A stretch of 64,000 nucleotides of DNA from Minisyncoccota bacterium (GCA_035548815.1 DASZSF010000004.1:57261-121260), one strand, 5' to 3'. Numbered from the stretch's first letter, positions 49,177-58,592 are shown. Notes: a model not told the origin generated them from the sequence alone. A program made the numbers and translations.

Positions 49177-49845
49177 GTGAAAATTCTCATAGTAGAGGAT
49201 GAGCAGAACATTGCTCACTTTTTGAAAGAATCGCTCGAGGCAGAATACTTTGCGGTCGACCTTGCAGAGGATGGAGAATACGGGAGCCACTTAGCCCAGA
49301 TAAACGAATACGACCTCATCATTCTTGATGACAACGTACCAAAAAAGGATGGCATTGAAGTTATCCGAGAAATACGCGAAGGCGGTGTTGCGGCCCCGGT
49401 CATCGTCATGTCGCACAAAGATGACAGCGCTCACACTATACGCCTGCTCAACGCTGGCGCAGACGACTGCCTGCCAAAACCCTTTGTATTGGGCGAGCTT
49501 TTGGCTCGCGCACGGGCGCTACTGCGTCGACCCAAGACGCTCGAAAAACCTGTCTACAGCATAGGCGACCTCACGGTTAACACCCGTGCCTGCACGGTGA
49601 CACGTGGCGAAAAGCAGGTCTACTTAACGCGCAAAGAATTTATGCTCCTTCACTACCTCATGCAAAACGAAGGCGTGGTGCTTTCGCGCGGGATGATACT
49701 CGAGCATGTGTGGGACATGAACACCAATATTTTCTCCAATACTATCGAGTCGCACATGCTTTCGCTTCGCAAAAAGATAGGTGACTATGGAAATCAGCGC
49801 CTCATCCATACCATCCCTGGTCGCGGCTACCGCATAAGCACATAG
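49177..49845 (+). CDS. OmpR-family two-component response regulator (orphan; no kinase gene adjacent)
   Basis: 222 aa; GTG start MKILIVEDE...DLIILDDNVPKKDG (receiver) and winged-helix C-term ...LTRKEFMLLHYLMQNEGVVLSR... Confidence 0.9.
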   Translation: MKILIVEDEQNIAHFLKESLEAEYFAVDLAEDGEYGSHLAQINEYDLIILDDNVPKKDGIEVIREIREGGVAAPVIVMSHKDDSAHTIRLLNAGADDCLPKPFVLGELLARARALLRRPKTLEKPVYSIGDLTVNTRACTVTRGEKQVYLTRKEFMLLHYLMQNEGVVLSRGMILEHVWDMNTNIFSNTIESHMLSLRKKIGDYGNQRLIHTIPGRGYRIST

Positions 49846-49906
49846 CAAAAAACCTCCTAAAACCCTAATAAAATTTCGATAAAATCTATCTAAAAATTCG
49901 CACCTT

Positions 49907-49982
49907 TGGTGCGCGCGCTAGGGATCGAACCTAGGACCTTTCGAGTATCAGTCGAATGCTCTACCAACTGAGCTACGCGCGC
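49907..49982 (-). tRNA. tRNA-Ile (anticodon GAU), CCA encoded; sits in the 16S-downstream spacer
   Basis: GCGCGCGTAGCTCAGTTGGTAGAGCATTCGACTGATACTCGAAAGGTCCTAGGTTCGATCCCTAGCGCGCGCACCA. Confidence 0.92.
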
Positions 49983-50040
49983 GTGTAGGCACTATACCAA
50001 AAGCTCCCTCAGCAGTAAATGCTTTGGGATTTTTTGATTT

Positions 50041-50067
50041 TAGAGAAACACATCTTTCTTTTGTTCC
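50041..50067. repeat. Downstream arm of the 16S rRNA processing stem (27-nt inverted repeat partner of 51693-51719)
   Basis: catctttcttttgttccgttctacagt is the reverse complement (26/27) of actgtagaacggaacaagagaaagatg at 51693-51719; the two flank the 16S gene. Confidence 0.7.
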
Positions 50068-50194
50068 GTTCTACAGTCCCCTGACGTAAGGGGAGACCGA
50101 GTACAGTATAGGATCAGTACTATCATCCAATTCCCTTGCGAGAATTATCGCCTTTTCAGTTGTGACCTCGTACGAGGGGCACAACGTCTTTCAT

Positions 50195-51653
50195 TTGAAT
50201 TGTTCCACGAGCAGCTTCCGCTACCCGTGCCTTGTTACGACTTACTCCCTATCACCGAGCTTGCCGTGGGCCGCGCGAGGCGGACTTCGGGCACTCCCGG
50301 CTCTCTTGAGTTGACGGGCGGTGAGTACAAGACTTGAGAACGTATTCACCGCGGTATAGCTGACCCGCGATTACTAGCGATTCCGGCTTCATGAGGTCGA
50401 GTTGCAGACCTCAATCCGAACTGGGCACTCGTTTAAAGGATTGGCTCAGGGTTACCCCGTCGCGACCCGTTGTCGAGTGCATTGTATCATGCGTGCAGCC
50501 CAGGATATCAGAGGGACATGCTGATCTGGCGTCATCCGCACCTTCCTCCCCCGTGAGGGGGCAGTCTCGCCTGACATATAAAACAGGCAACGCGGGTTGC
50601 GTTCGTTACCCCACTGAAGGGAACAACTCAAGCCACGAACTGACGACGACCATGCATCACCTGCCCAGCCGTCTTGCGAGGTCCAAAGTTTCCTAAGGAT
50701 TACGTCTGGGTTTCAAACCCTGGTGAGGTTCTTCGTTTGCCATCGAATTGAGCCGCATGATCCACCGCTTGTGCAAGTCCCCGTCTATTCCTTTGAGTTT
50801 TAATCTTGCGATCGTACTACCCAGGCGCCTAACTTAACGCGTTAGCTACGTCTCGGAGAGGGTCGATACTCCCCAAAACTAGTTAGGATCGTTTAGGGCG
50901 TGGACTACCGGGGTATCTAATCCCGTTCGATTCCCACGCTTTCGTGTTTCAGCGTCAGATGTGCGCCAGTATGCTGCCTTCGCATTTGGTGTTCCCCATA
51001 ATATCAACGGATTTCACCCCTACACTATGAGTTCCGCATACCTCTCGCACCCTCGAGTCGTGCCGTTTCCACCGCGTTTTCTAGGTTAAGCCTAAAAGCT
51101 TTCACGAAGGACTAACACGACCGCCTACACACCCTTTACGCCCAGTGATTCCGGATAACGCTTGGGGCCTCTGTATTACCGCTCCTGCTGGCACAGAGTT
51201 AGGAGCCCCTTATTCATGGGGTAACGTCAATTACTTCCTCCCCCATAAAAGGTCTTTACGTCCCGAAGGACTTCATCAACCACGCGACGTCGCTCCATCA
51301 GGCTTTCGCCCATTGTGGAAAGTTCTTGACTGCAGCCATCCGTAGATGTATAGCCCGTGTCTCAGTGCTATCGGTGAAGGTCAGCCTCTCAGCTCTTCTA
51401 AGCGTCATAGGCTTGGTAGGCCATTACCCTACCAACTACCTGATGCTGCGCAGGCCGCTCAAAAAGCGGATTACTCCTTTAAAGTCGCCTTACTATCGGG
51501 AATTACCTAACCTTTCGGCTAGCTATGCCCGACTTTTCGGTGCGTACCTGCGTTATACTACCTCGTCTGCCGGTTGCCTTGCGGCCCCCTTGACTTGCAT
51601 GCCTAATCCACGTCGCCAGCGTTCATCCTGAGCTAGGATCAAACTCTGAATAT
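50195..51653 (-). rRNA. rrs: 16S ribosomal RNA gene (about 1.45 kb), 3' end uncertain; atypical 3' tail lacking canonical anti-SD
   Basis: Minus strand reads AGAGTTTGATCCTAGCTCAGGATGAACGCTGGCG at the 5' end (about 51645), GTGCCAGCAGGAGCGGTAATAC (515 region, 2 mismatches), GGATTAGATACCCCGGTAGTCC (806 region), AAGTCGTAACAAGG (1492 region), then helix 45 CACGGGTAGC-GGAA-GCTGCTCGTG followed by GAACAATTCAAAT instead of GATCACCTCCTTA. Confidence 0.9.
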
Positions 51654-51692
51654 AAGAGACAATGCCACAAATAAATGTGTCATGTTCTTGTT

Positions 51693-51719
51693 ACTGTAGA
51701 ACGGAACAAGAGAAAGATG
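51693..51719. repeat. Upstream arm of the 16S rRNA processing stem
   Basis: See partner 50041-50067. Confidence 0.7.
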
Positions 51720-51900
51720 CCCAACATTCTTATGTTGAGAATTAAACAGTCACTTGTTCCTGTCCATGCCTTCTACCGGAAAAAGTTAGAAGGACTTTTG
51801 TTTCTTGCGTCTCTAAGCGACCGCTCCTATGTGGCCACCTAGAAACTGATCAATGTTTCAATTTCGATTATTGATGCTTCTTCTCTACTGCCCTGCTGCG

Positions 51901-51955
51901 CTACTAAAGAAGTTTTTATTCTGTTTTCAAATGACAAACCCGCCATAGGCGGGGC
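51901..51955 (-). promoter_or_regulatory. rRNA leader boxB-like hairpin (CCCGCC-aua-GGCGGG, 51937-51955) followed by boxA-like CTTCTTTAGTAG (51901-51912); putative antitermination site
   Basis: Order hairpin then boxA-like, downstream of the predicted rRNA promoter, as in rrn leaders; the boxA match to GCTCTTTAACAA is only partial. Confidence 0.3.
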
Positions 51956-52001
51956 TTCAACCGGACTGGTTAAATACCACCTTAGCAAGTCATACCGAGC
52001 C

Positions 52002-52029
52002 ATTATAGCCGTTTAAAGCCCCTCGTCAA
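52002..52029 (-). promoter_or_regulatory. Near-consensus sigma70-type promoter for the 16S rRNA unit (-35 TTGACG, 16-nt spacer, -10 TATAAT)
   Basis: Minus strand reads gagcTTGACGaggggctttaaacggcTATAATggc; located about 350 nt upstream of the 16S 5' end. Confidence 0.6.
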
Positions 52030-52050
52030 GCTCGTGTTTAGCCTTATTTA

Positions 52051-52084
52051 CAAAGGAAAAGGCCCCGCTCGAAAGAGCGGGGCC
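52051..52084 (-). terminator. Intrinsic terminator of gene 52105-52887 (10-bp GC stem GGCCCCGCUC/GAGCGGGGCC plus U-tract); insulates the rRNA promoter
   Basis: Minus-strand RNA ggccccgcucuuucgagcggggcc uuuuccuuug immediately after the stop at 52105. Confidence 0.7.
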
Positions 52085-52104
52085 TGACCGTAAATCGCTA
52101 CGGT

Positions 52105-52887
52105 TCAGATCTTGCCGGCAACCAGAAACGCCGACACGCAGTCCTTGGGGACCGCTTCAGCTGGACCCCAGGTCTGAATCTGGCGCGAGCCTTGATGGAA
52201 GTCAAATTCGAGGTACTTCGGGCGCTTCCCACCCGGGTCACGGTTACTCAATGCCCTCTGCACATTGATGGTGATAGGCGCGTGCGGGCAGTGAATGCTC
52301 GTGATTCCTTCTGACAGAAGATGCTCGATGAGACCCGGCGTCTTGACGAGAGGACGCATGATGCCAGCGGGCGGGCGGGTATACCCGCAAGCCTCCGCAA
52401 ATTCAGAGAGTGCCGCGGGAATGACGAAAGAATACTTGTCGTCGACGACCGCGGCATGCGGCACGAGGACGACCTTGTACTCCTTGCCAGACACGAGCCT
52501 GTGACACTCTTCGTAACTATCCAGCCCCGCGCTCTGGAACAGGAGCCGGGCAAACTCGCCACCAGGCCCATCAATATTCCAGCCGCGCAGGCTGCGCATC
52601 TCCTCTGCCACGAGGAAAGTGTCGCCGATCACGGTGAGCTCCACCCATCCGCGCTCGTTGATGGTGAAGATGCGCTTGGGATCATGGACCGTCACCTCGC
52701 CAGAGAGGAAACGGAGGGCCGCATCCAACCCGCCGAGCTTGTTGACGATTGCTTCCATAGTCCCCATATCAAGCTTTGGATACTTTGCCATGGCAATGCC
52801 TTTCCGGCTGATAGCCGGTTTCCGTCCGTACCTGATAGATACGAACATATGCAATGAGCTATCCTGAAGTCCGCGACGCGGGTTCAT
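52105..52887 (-). CDS. Hypothetical protein, moderately GC-rich; consensus-like promoter directly upstream
   Basis: 260 aa ORF with no recognised motifs; upstream minus-strand cTTGACTttttgtaattttttagTATAAAaatgtcagctaATG. Confidence 0.5.
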   Translation of the reverse strand: MNPRRGLQDSSLHMFVSIRYGRKPAISRKGIAMAKYPKLDMGTMEAIVNKLGGLDAALRFLSGEVTVHDPKRIFTINERGWVELTVIGDTFLVAEEMRSLRGWNIDGPGGEFARLLFQSAGLDSYEECHRLVSGKEYKVVLVPHAAVVDDKYSFVIPAALSEFAEACGYTRPPAGIMRPLVKTPGLIEHLLSEGITSIHCPHAPITINVQRALSNRDPGGKRPKYLEFDFHQGSRQIQTWGPAEAVPKDCVSAFLVAGKI

Positions 52888-52922
52888 TAGCTGACATTTT
52901 TATACTAAAAAATTACAAAAAG

Positions 52923-53486
52923 TCAAGAGTTACCATGACGCCCTTTTAGGGCCTTTTCGACCTCTAAAAACAAGGCTTCTGGAGTGCTGTCGTTATGGAA
53001 GACATGGTCGGCTTTTGCAATTGCTGCGCCCAAGTTATTCATATTTGGATCTGTTTGGGACATCTCAAATTCTTGTTCCGCCTTGAATTGTTCAAATGAA
53101 ACGTTGTCTTTAGTGCTGCCTCTTTTTTGTATGCGCTCGTAGCGAGTTTCTAAGTTTGCATCAACTGCAAATTCAACGCCTCCTATAGACTGGATAAATT
53201 CAACTTCACCGCGCGTGTGCTGAGGTTCGATGATGACGTTCTTGCCAGCATCGATACTTGCCTTCGCCATTTCATACACTGCCTCCATAAGTTTGGTTGG
53301 TCCCTTTGCTCGAAACTCATTGGCAATGTCTCGGCGAGTGATTCGGTCTGGTTCAAGTCCGCGCTTTTTTGCTTCGTTCACTAAAAATGTGTCCGACACA
53401 GCAAAATGCTCAAACCCTTTTGTTTTGAGATACTCAACAACCGTTCCCTTCCCTGCCCCTAAGGTTCCGGTGATGCCGATGATCAT
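52923..53486 (-). CDS. P-loop nucleoside/nucleotide kinase-like protein (dephospho-CoA kinase / dNMP kinase-like)
   Basis: 187 aa; Walker A IIGITGTLGAGKGTV. Confidence 0.55.
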   Translation of the reverse strand: MIIGITGTLGAGKGTVVEYLKTKGFEHFAVSDTFLVNEAKKRGLEPDRITRRDIANEFRAKGPTKLMEAVYEMAKASIDAGKNVIIEPQHTRGEVEFIQSIGGVEFAVDANLETRYERIQKRGSTKDNVSFEQFKAEQEFEMSQTDPNMNNLGAAIAKADHVFHNDSTPEALFLEVEKALKGRHGNS

Positions 53487-53488
53487 GA

Positions 53489-54394
53489 TTATTTAGAACT
53501 CTTGCGAGACCAGCGTTCCCAGACGACGAGAAGAGGAGATGCGAGGAAGATAGACGAGTAGGTGCCGGCTATCATACCGATGATGAGTGTGAGGGAGAAG
53601 TCTTTTGTCGATGCTGGACCAACAAAGTAGAGCGCCGCGAGCATGATAACAACTGTGAGCGACGTGTTGATTGAGCGAGCAAGAGTTTGCGTGATAGAGC
53701 GGCCGACGACTTCGTCGAATGCTTCATGACGATTGCGGCTTGCATTCAAAGCAAGGTTCTCGCGGATGCGGTCGAATACGACAATAGTGTCGTTGATAGA
53801 AATACCGAGGATTGTAAGGAGGCCGACGATGAACAATGCATCAACTTCTGCACCGTTGTAGAAGCCTAAGAATGCAAAGAGACCAACTGGCACCAGCACG
53901 TCGTGCAAGAGCGTCACAATTGCCACAACGCCGTACTTCCACGATGCAACCGGCTTTGAAACATGGCGGAACGCGAATGCGATAAAGAGAATGATACAGA
54001 CGACAACGAGCACGATAGCGATAAGGCCTTTATGCAGAAGTTCTGCACCGAGGATTGGGCCAACGGATGTGTACTGGTCTTCGTGTATCTGACCCAAGCC
54101 TCCAAGCACTGCTTCGAGCTGATTTTTTTCTTGCGTTGAAAGGTCGCGCTGGCGCAAGATGTAGCCCGTGTCGCCTGTCGGCTGAACGCGAACTTCGCCC
54201 AAGTTCAACTGCTTCGTGAGCTGCTGGATCTGTTCAACCGGCGGGCGGCCGTTCGGGTACGAAACCTGCAAGAGCGATCCGCCTGCGAGGTCAATGCCCG
54301 GATTCAATCCCCACGTCGCAATAGCGACGATCGAAAGGATCGAAAGAAGAGCCGGAAGAATGAAGAAATATTTGAGATTTTTTGCGACTTGCAT
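53489..54394 (-). CDS. secF: Protein translocase subunit SecF
   Basis: 301 aa; 6 TM, GIDLAGGSLLQV..., ...DTIVVFDRIREN... are typical SecF motifs. Confidence 0.93.
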   Translation of the reverse strand: MQVAKNLKYFFILPALLSILSIVAIATWGLNPGIDLAGGSLLQVSYPNGRPPVEQIQQLTKQLNLGEVRVQPTGDTGYILRQRDLSTQEKNQLEAVLGGLGQIHEDQYTSVGPILGAELLHKGLIAIVLVVVCIILFIAFAFRHVSKPVASWKYGVVAIVTLLHDVLVPVGLFAFLGFYNGAEVDALFIVGLLTILGISINDTIVVFDRIRENLALNASRNRHEAFDEVVGRSITQTLARSINTSLTVVIMLAALYFVGPASTKDFSLTLIIGMIAGTYSSIFLASPLLVVWERWSRKSSK

Positions 54395-54397
54395 AAA

Positions 54398-55720
54398 TTA
54401 GTTCGTTATTCCTGAGCGAAGCAAAAAGCGGCCAACTGCTGTCTTAGTGGTGATGCCAAGCGCCAGCAAGAATGTGCGTGAAATCACGATTGCTGAGAGC
54501 ATCGAGATGATGACACCCAGGCCAAATACGAGCGCAAATCCTTTGATGAGCGAGGTGCCGAACCAGAAGAGAATGACTGCGGCGATAATGTGCGCGATGT
54601 TCGAGTCGCGGATAGCGTTCCACGCGCGAGAGAAGCCTGCGCCAATTGCTTCCTGGGCATTCTTCCCGTCGCGAAGTTCTTCTTTCATGCGCTCTGCAAT
54701 GAGCACGTTTGCATCCACTGCCAAGCCAACGGACAGGATGAAGCCCGCGATACCTGCAGCAGTCAGCACGACCGGAATGAGCTTGAAAAGCGCGAGCATC
54801 AAGATGCAGTAAATAAGGAGCGAGACAACTGCAACGATGCCCGGCACGCGATACCAAACAATCATAAACACCGCGAGGATAAGGAAGCCGAGGAGTCCTG
54901 CATATACACCTGCATGGACGGCCTGTTCGCCCAGCGTTGCACCGATAGTTTCAGTGCTTGCCAACGTAATCGGCACTGGAAGTGCGCCGAGGTTCAAGTT
55001 GGTTGCCAAGTCTTTTGCTTGCTGCGCGCTGAAGCTACCAGAGATAATTGCGCTGCCGTTATCAATCTTTTCCTGAATAACTGGAAGTGAGAGGAGCTTG
55101 CCATCGAGGAAGATCCCGAGATTGCGGCCGACGTTCTTAGAGGTTATATCCGCAAAGCGCTGCGAACCTTCGCTGTTAAACGTAACTTGTACGACAGGGG
55201 TCTGGAGGCTGTTTGATCCATTGCCAAACTGCAATGCTGCAGAGGTAATATATTTGCCGGTAAGCCCTGTGTCTTCGAACGAATTTGGGTTAACTGTGCC
55301 GTCTGCATTTGTTGCAGATACGTCGCTGCCCGACTTGAGCAATCTAAAGTCCAACGTCGGGGTCTGACCGATCATTGCAATAGCCTGGTTCACATCCGTG
55401 ACGCCCGGCAATTCAACAACAAGGCGGTATGCGCCGTTGCCCAAGGCACCCGACTGTTCTGTCTGCACGACAGGCTCGCCGACGCCAAAGGCGTTGACGC
55501 GGCGTTCGATAACTGCCTGGAGCGCATTCATTGAGTCGGCTACTTCGCCGCTTGGGACACTGCTTGTGTCGGCGTTGTAGACCAGGTGCGTGCCGCCCGA
55601 AAGGTCGAGCCCTAACTTAAACGCGAAGCGCCCGTCAGGGGTGTTCGTTTTCCATACAAAAAAAGCAACTGCTGCCGCGGCAATGAGCACCAGCACGGCG
55701 GTATAACGCAATTTAAACAT
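54398..55720 (-). CDS. secD: Protein translocase subunit SecD
   Basis: 440 aa; LGLDLSGGTHLVY..., C-terminal 6-TM SecD_SecF domain ...ANVLIAERMKEEL... Confidence 0.93.
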   Translation of the reverse strand: MFKLRYTAVLVLIAAAAVAFFVWKTNTPDGRFAFKLGLDLSGGTHLVYNADTSSVPSGEVADSMNALQAVIERRVNAFGVGEPVVQTEQSGALGNGAYRLVVELPGVTDVNQAIAMIGQTPTLDFRLLKSGSDVSATNADGTVNPNSFEDTGLTGKYITSAALQFGNGSNSLQTPVVQVTFNSEGSQRFADITSKNVGRNLGIFLDGKLLSLPVIQEKIDNGSAIISGSFSAQQAKDLATNLNLGALPVPITLASTETIGATLGEQAVHAGVYAGLLGFLILAVFMIVWYRVPGIVAVVSLLIYCILMLALFKLIPVVLTAAGIAGFILSVGLAVDANVLIAERMKEELRDGKNAQEAIGAGFSRAWNAIRDSNIAHIIAAVILFWFGTSLIKGFALVFGLGVIISMLSAIVISRTFLLALGITTKTAVGRFLLRSGITN

Positions 55721-55857
55721 GTCGTGAGAATACCAGGAAAGCTCTGCATTTCAAAGCCCTTGACTGGTCAAAAAATAGTTGTCGCAAAACCTATCCACAG
55801 GCTCTCTTAGGCGAGCTGGCTCATACTGAAGCCAGACCACAACCCGGGAGTCCGGTC

Positions 55858-56694
55858 ATGAACATCGACACGCTGGATACCAAAGGGTTTGTCGCCTTTC
55901 CGTATCCCCGAATGCTCCAAGAAGCCGTGCTGCGGAGTCTGGCGTCGTGGAGGCTCTTCTGCGAACTTCCGCTCGAGGCCAAACATCTGCTTTCCGGCGG
56001 CGACCGAATCAACGACTTCGGCTATATGCGGCGCAAGGATACAAGCCCGCATGCCGACGACAAAGAGATCTTCCATGCACTTCGTGCGAACTACCCGCTG
56101 CTGCTTCCCAAAGCAAGGCACGTGGGCGACCTGCGAGCGGTCGGCTTCATCCGGAGCATTGACTTTCTCATCACGCACATCGCTCCAACAGTACGCGCAT
56201 TTGCGCACGCTGTGGAGCAGCGCTACGCCTTGCCAGGGTTTACTGACGAGGTGATGGGAAGTTCTGACTTCTGGACGTTCCGATTCCTGCGGTATCCGAA
56301 GAACAGCCCGACGCTCGCTCATGCGCATGCCGATCGGGGCGGATTCACATTCCACCTCTGCGAGACAGAGGGCGGAGGCGAATATCTGGGATTCGACAAG
56401 ACGTGGCGTCAATGGCCCGTGAGCAGAAAGCGGACCATCATTTTTGGTAGCATGGGCCTTCAGTATCGCTCGGAGAACAAGATCAAAGCTCTGTGGCACA
56501 GGGTCAGTTCTGAACCCACAGCTATACCCGAGCGGTTCGCCATGGTAGTGTTCGTCGACTTCCAGTCGTCACATCGGTTTCATACCGAAAAATACCCGCA
56601 CGTGCAGCAGTTCACCCCGGGATTCAACTACAACATAGCCTTCCCGGATTTGGCACAGTACTTTATCGAACGTGCACACCCGGTCCCAGGCTGA
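55858..56694 (+). CDS. Putative 2OG-Fe(II) oxygenase-superfamily protein (isopenicillin-N-synthase-like), uncertain
   Basis: 278 aa; possible HxD...H metal triad (LAHAHADRGGFTFH ... H); GC-rich; single + strand gene between secDF and folD. Confidence 0.4.
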   Translation: MNIDTLDTKGFVAFPYPRMLQEAVLRSLASWRLFCELPLEAKHLLSGGDRINDFGYMRRKDTSPHADDKEIFHALRANYPLLLPKARHVGDLRAVGFIRSIDFLITHIAPTVRAFAHAVEQRYALPGFTDEVMGSSDFWTFRFLRYPKNSPTLAHAHADRGGFTFHLCETEGGGEYLGFDKTWRQWPVSRKRTIIFGSMGLQYRSENKIKALWHRVSSEPTAIPERFAMVVFVDFQSSHRFHTEKYPHVQQFTPGFNYNIAFPDLAQYFIERAHPVPG

Positions 56695-56714
56695 CAACCT
56701 CGGGACTTTTCTTT

Positions 56715-57503
56715 TTATTGATGCTTCGCGAGAGCGAAAAGATTTTTGAAAATCATGGCGACAGCGATGGGGCCAATGCCGCCGGGAACGGGCGTAAAGA
56801 CTGACGCAACTTCCGCGCATGCTGGGTCGGCGTCGCCAGCTAAGCGACCAGCATCTTCTGATGTACCCGCATCTATCAATACGACTTTTTCTTTGAGCAT
56901 GTCTGGCTTTACGAGCCCCGGCTCCCCTGCTCCAAGCACGACGATGTCCGCATCTTTCAATTCATCTAGACTTCCTTCGTCTTTGGTGATGACGGTGACA
57001 TGCGCCCATAAATCGCGGAGCAATTCTGCAACAGGCGCCCCGACAAGTTTGCCCGCACCCACCACAACTGCTTTTTTGCCCGATGCAGATACACCCATGC
57101 GGACCAGCACTTCCGACACCGCACCAGCCACAGGTGCCAGCACAGCAGTTTGAACACCCGCTATAGCGTCGACGTCTTTGTGAGCTGGCAGAGCAGCAAG
57201 TATGTCAGCCGCGTTGATGTTTGAAGGAAGCGGCATTTGAATGATGATGCCGGCGCACTGCTCGTCTAAGCGCTCGAGTGCGGCGAGTGCATCTTCAGTT
57301 GTGCAATTGTCCGGCAGAAGTTCGCGAACCACTTCAACAGAAAGCTTTTGCGCAACACGCTCCTTGATTCGTACAAATGATGCCGACGCAGCATCCTCTG
57401 CACCCATAAGCACGCCGAGTTTCAAATCAGACGGCAATGTGCCGCGCTCTTTTATAAGCGCATCAACAATGCTTGCCGCAATTGCTTTTCCATCAACTAT
57501 CAT
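56715..57503 (-). CDS. folD: Bifunctional methylenetetrahydrofolate dehydrogenase/cyclohydrolase
   Basis: 262 aa; ...KDVD...VVVGAGKLVGAPVAELL..., PVPGGIGPIAVAM are FolD hallmarks. Confidence 0.93.
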   Translation of the reverse strand: MIVDGKAIAASIVDALIKERGTLPSDLKLGVLMGAEDAASASFVRIKERVAQKLSVEVVRELLPDNCTTEDALAALERLDEQCAGIIIQMPLPSNINAADILAALPAHKDVDAIAGVQTAVLAPVAGAVSEVLVRMGVSASGKKAVVVGAGKLVGAPVAELLRDLWAHVTVITKDEGSLDELKDADIVVLGAGEPGLVKPDMLKEKVVLIDAGTSEDAGRLAGDADPACAEVASVFTPVPGGIGPIAVAMIFKNLFALAKHQ

Positions 57504-57506
57504 CGT

Positions 57507-58583
57507 CTAGTTCTTGTGCCGGCGGAGAGGTTCAGGAACAAATTCTTCGTATTCACCATTGGTGTAATAGAACGCATCGAATGACGGTGCGGAGTATTGG
57601 AAACCATATTCGCGCGTGAGTTTTGAGCCATCCACTGCTATCGGGTAGGAGTAACTCTTCCAGCCACCTTTCGAAGTTGGCACACGACCCCGAGTCCCGT
57701 GCCACATGCAGAAAAATACAAACCGTATGAGCTGCGGGTGGACATACAAAATGCGCTTTCCTACTGCGCGCGCCATATCGGGCGCACGAACAACATCACC
57801 CGGCGGGCAAAGATTGAACGCGTTGTACGATTTTTTGAGCGGCGAAAACGCAAGGAGTTCGACAATGCGCACGACGTCATCTTCGTGAATGAATTGGCGG
57901 AGCCATGTATGCGTTGCTGGCACAAAGCGTGTCATAAGCGATACAACGCGGTGCACGAACGACTCTTTGAGTTGACCCGAAAGGGCGGCCTGAAGGCCGA
58001 ATCGTATACGCATGTAGCGACCACGCGGCCCCGTGATTGCCGCAGGGCGTACGATAGCGACTTCTATATCCCGACCGCGCTCTTTTGCTGTTGCATATTT
58101 TTCTTCCAAATGTGATTCGGTAATGCGCTTTTCTTCCGCATACAAATAGTCGCTGACGCGGAATCCCTCTTCTTCTTTGTATCGATGGTCGACGCTGTTG
58201 TCTTTGCGCGCACCATAAGACGCAACGGTTGAAAAATGTACAAGTCGCTTTACGAACGAGTGCTCGAAGCAGAAATCAAAGACACGGTCCGAGCCGTCGA
58301 TATTCCATTTCCATTGCGTCTCTTTTTTTCCGTACATCTCGCGGATCTGCCACGCTGCATGTATGACAACATCTGGCTGGTATGGCAGGACTTGCGTCTC
58401 CCACTCCGCGTCGGATAGATTTTTATGAATGTAGTGAAGCTTTTTCTCGTCCTTGATGAGGTCCGGCAGCGGCTCTTTGTCTATACCAATGATGGTTTTG
58501 ACATCATCACGCATAGCAAAACGTCGGACGAGCATTTGCCCGACGTATCCGCCCGCTCCCGTTATAAGGACTGTGTGTTGCAT
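57507..58583 (-). CDS. NAD-dependent epimerase/dehydratase family protein
   Basis: 358 aa; VLITGAGGYVGQML Rossmann, YxxxK region. Confidence 0.75.
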   Translation of the reverse strand: MQHTVLITGAGGYVGQMLVRRFAMRDDVKTIIGIDKEPLPDLIKDEKKLHYIHKNLSDAEWETQVLPYQPDVVIHAAWQIREMYGKKETQWKWNIDGSDRVFDFCFEHSFVKRLVHFSTVASYGARKDNSVDHRYKEEEGFRVSDYLYAEEKRITESHLEEKYATAKERGRDIEVAIVRPAAITGPRGRYMRIRFGLQAALSGQLKESFVHRVVSLMTRFVPATHTWLRQFIHEDDVVRIVELLAFSPLKKSYNAFNLCPPGDVVRAPDMARAVGKRILYVHPQLIRFVFFCMWHGTRGRVPTSKGGWKSYSYPIAVDGSKLTREYGFQYSAPSFDAFYYTNGEYEEFVPEPLRRHKN

Positions 58584-58592
58584 AGATGTACT

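Noticed and set aside
50391-51631. Several 60-110-aa ORFs (e.g. 50391-50696, 51145-51345, 51326-51631)
   Set aside because: They lie inside the 16S rRNA gene.
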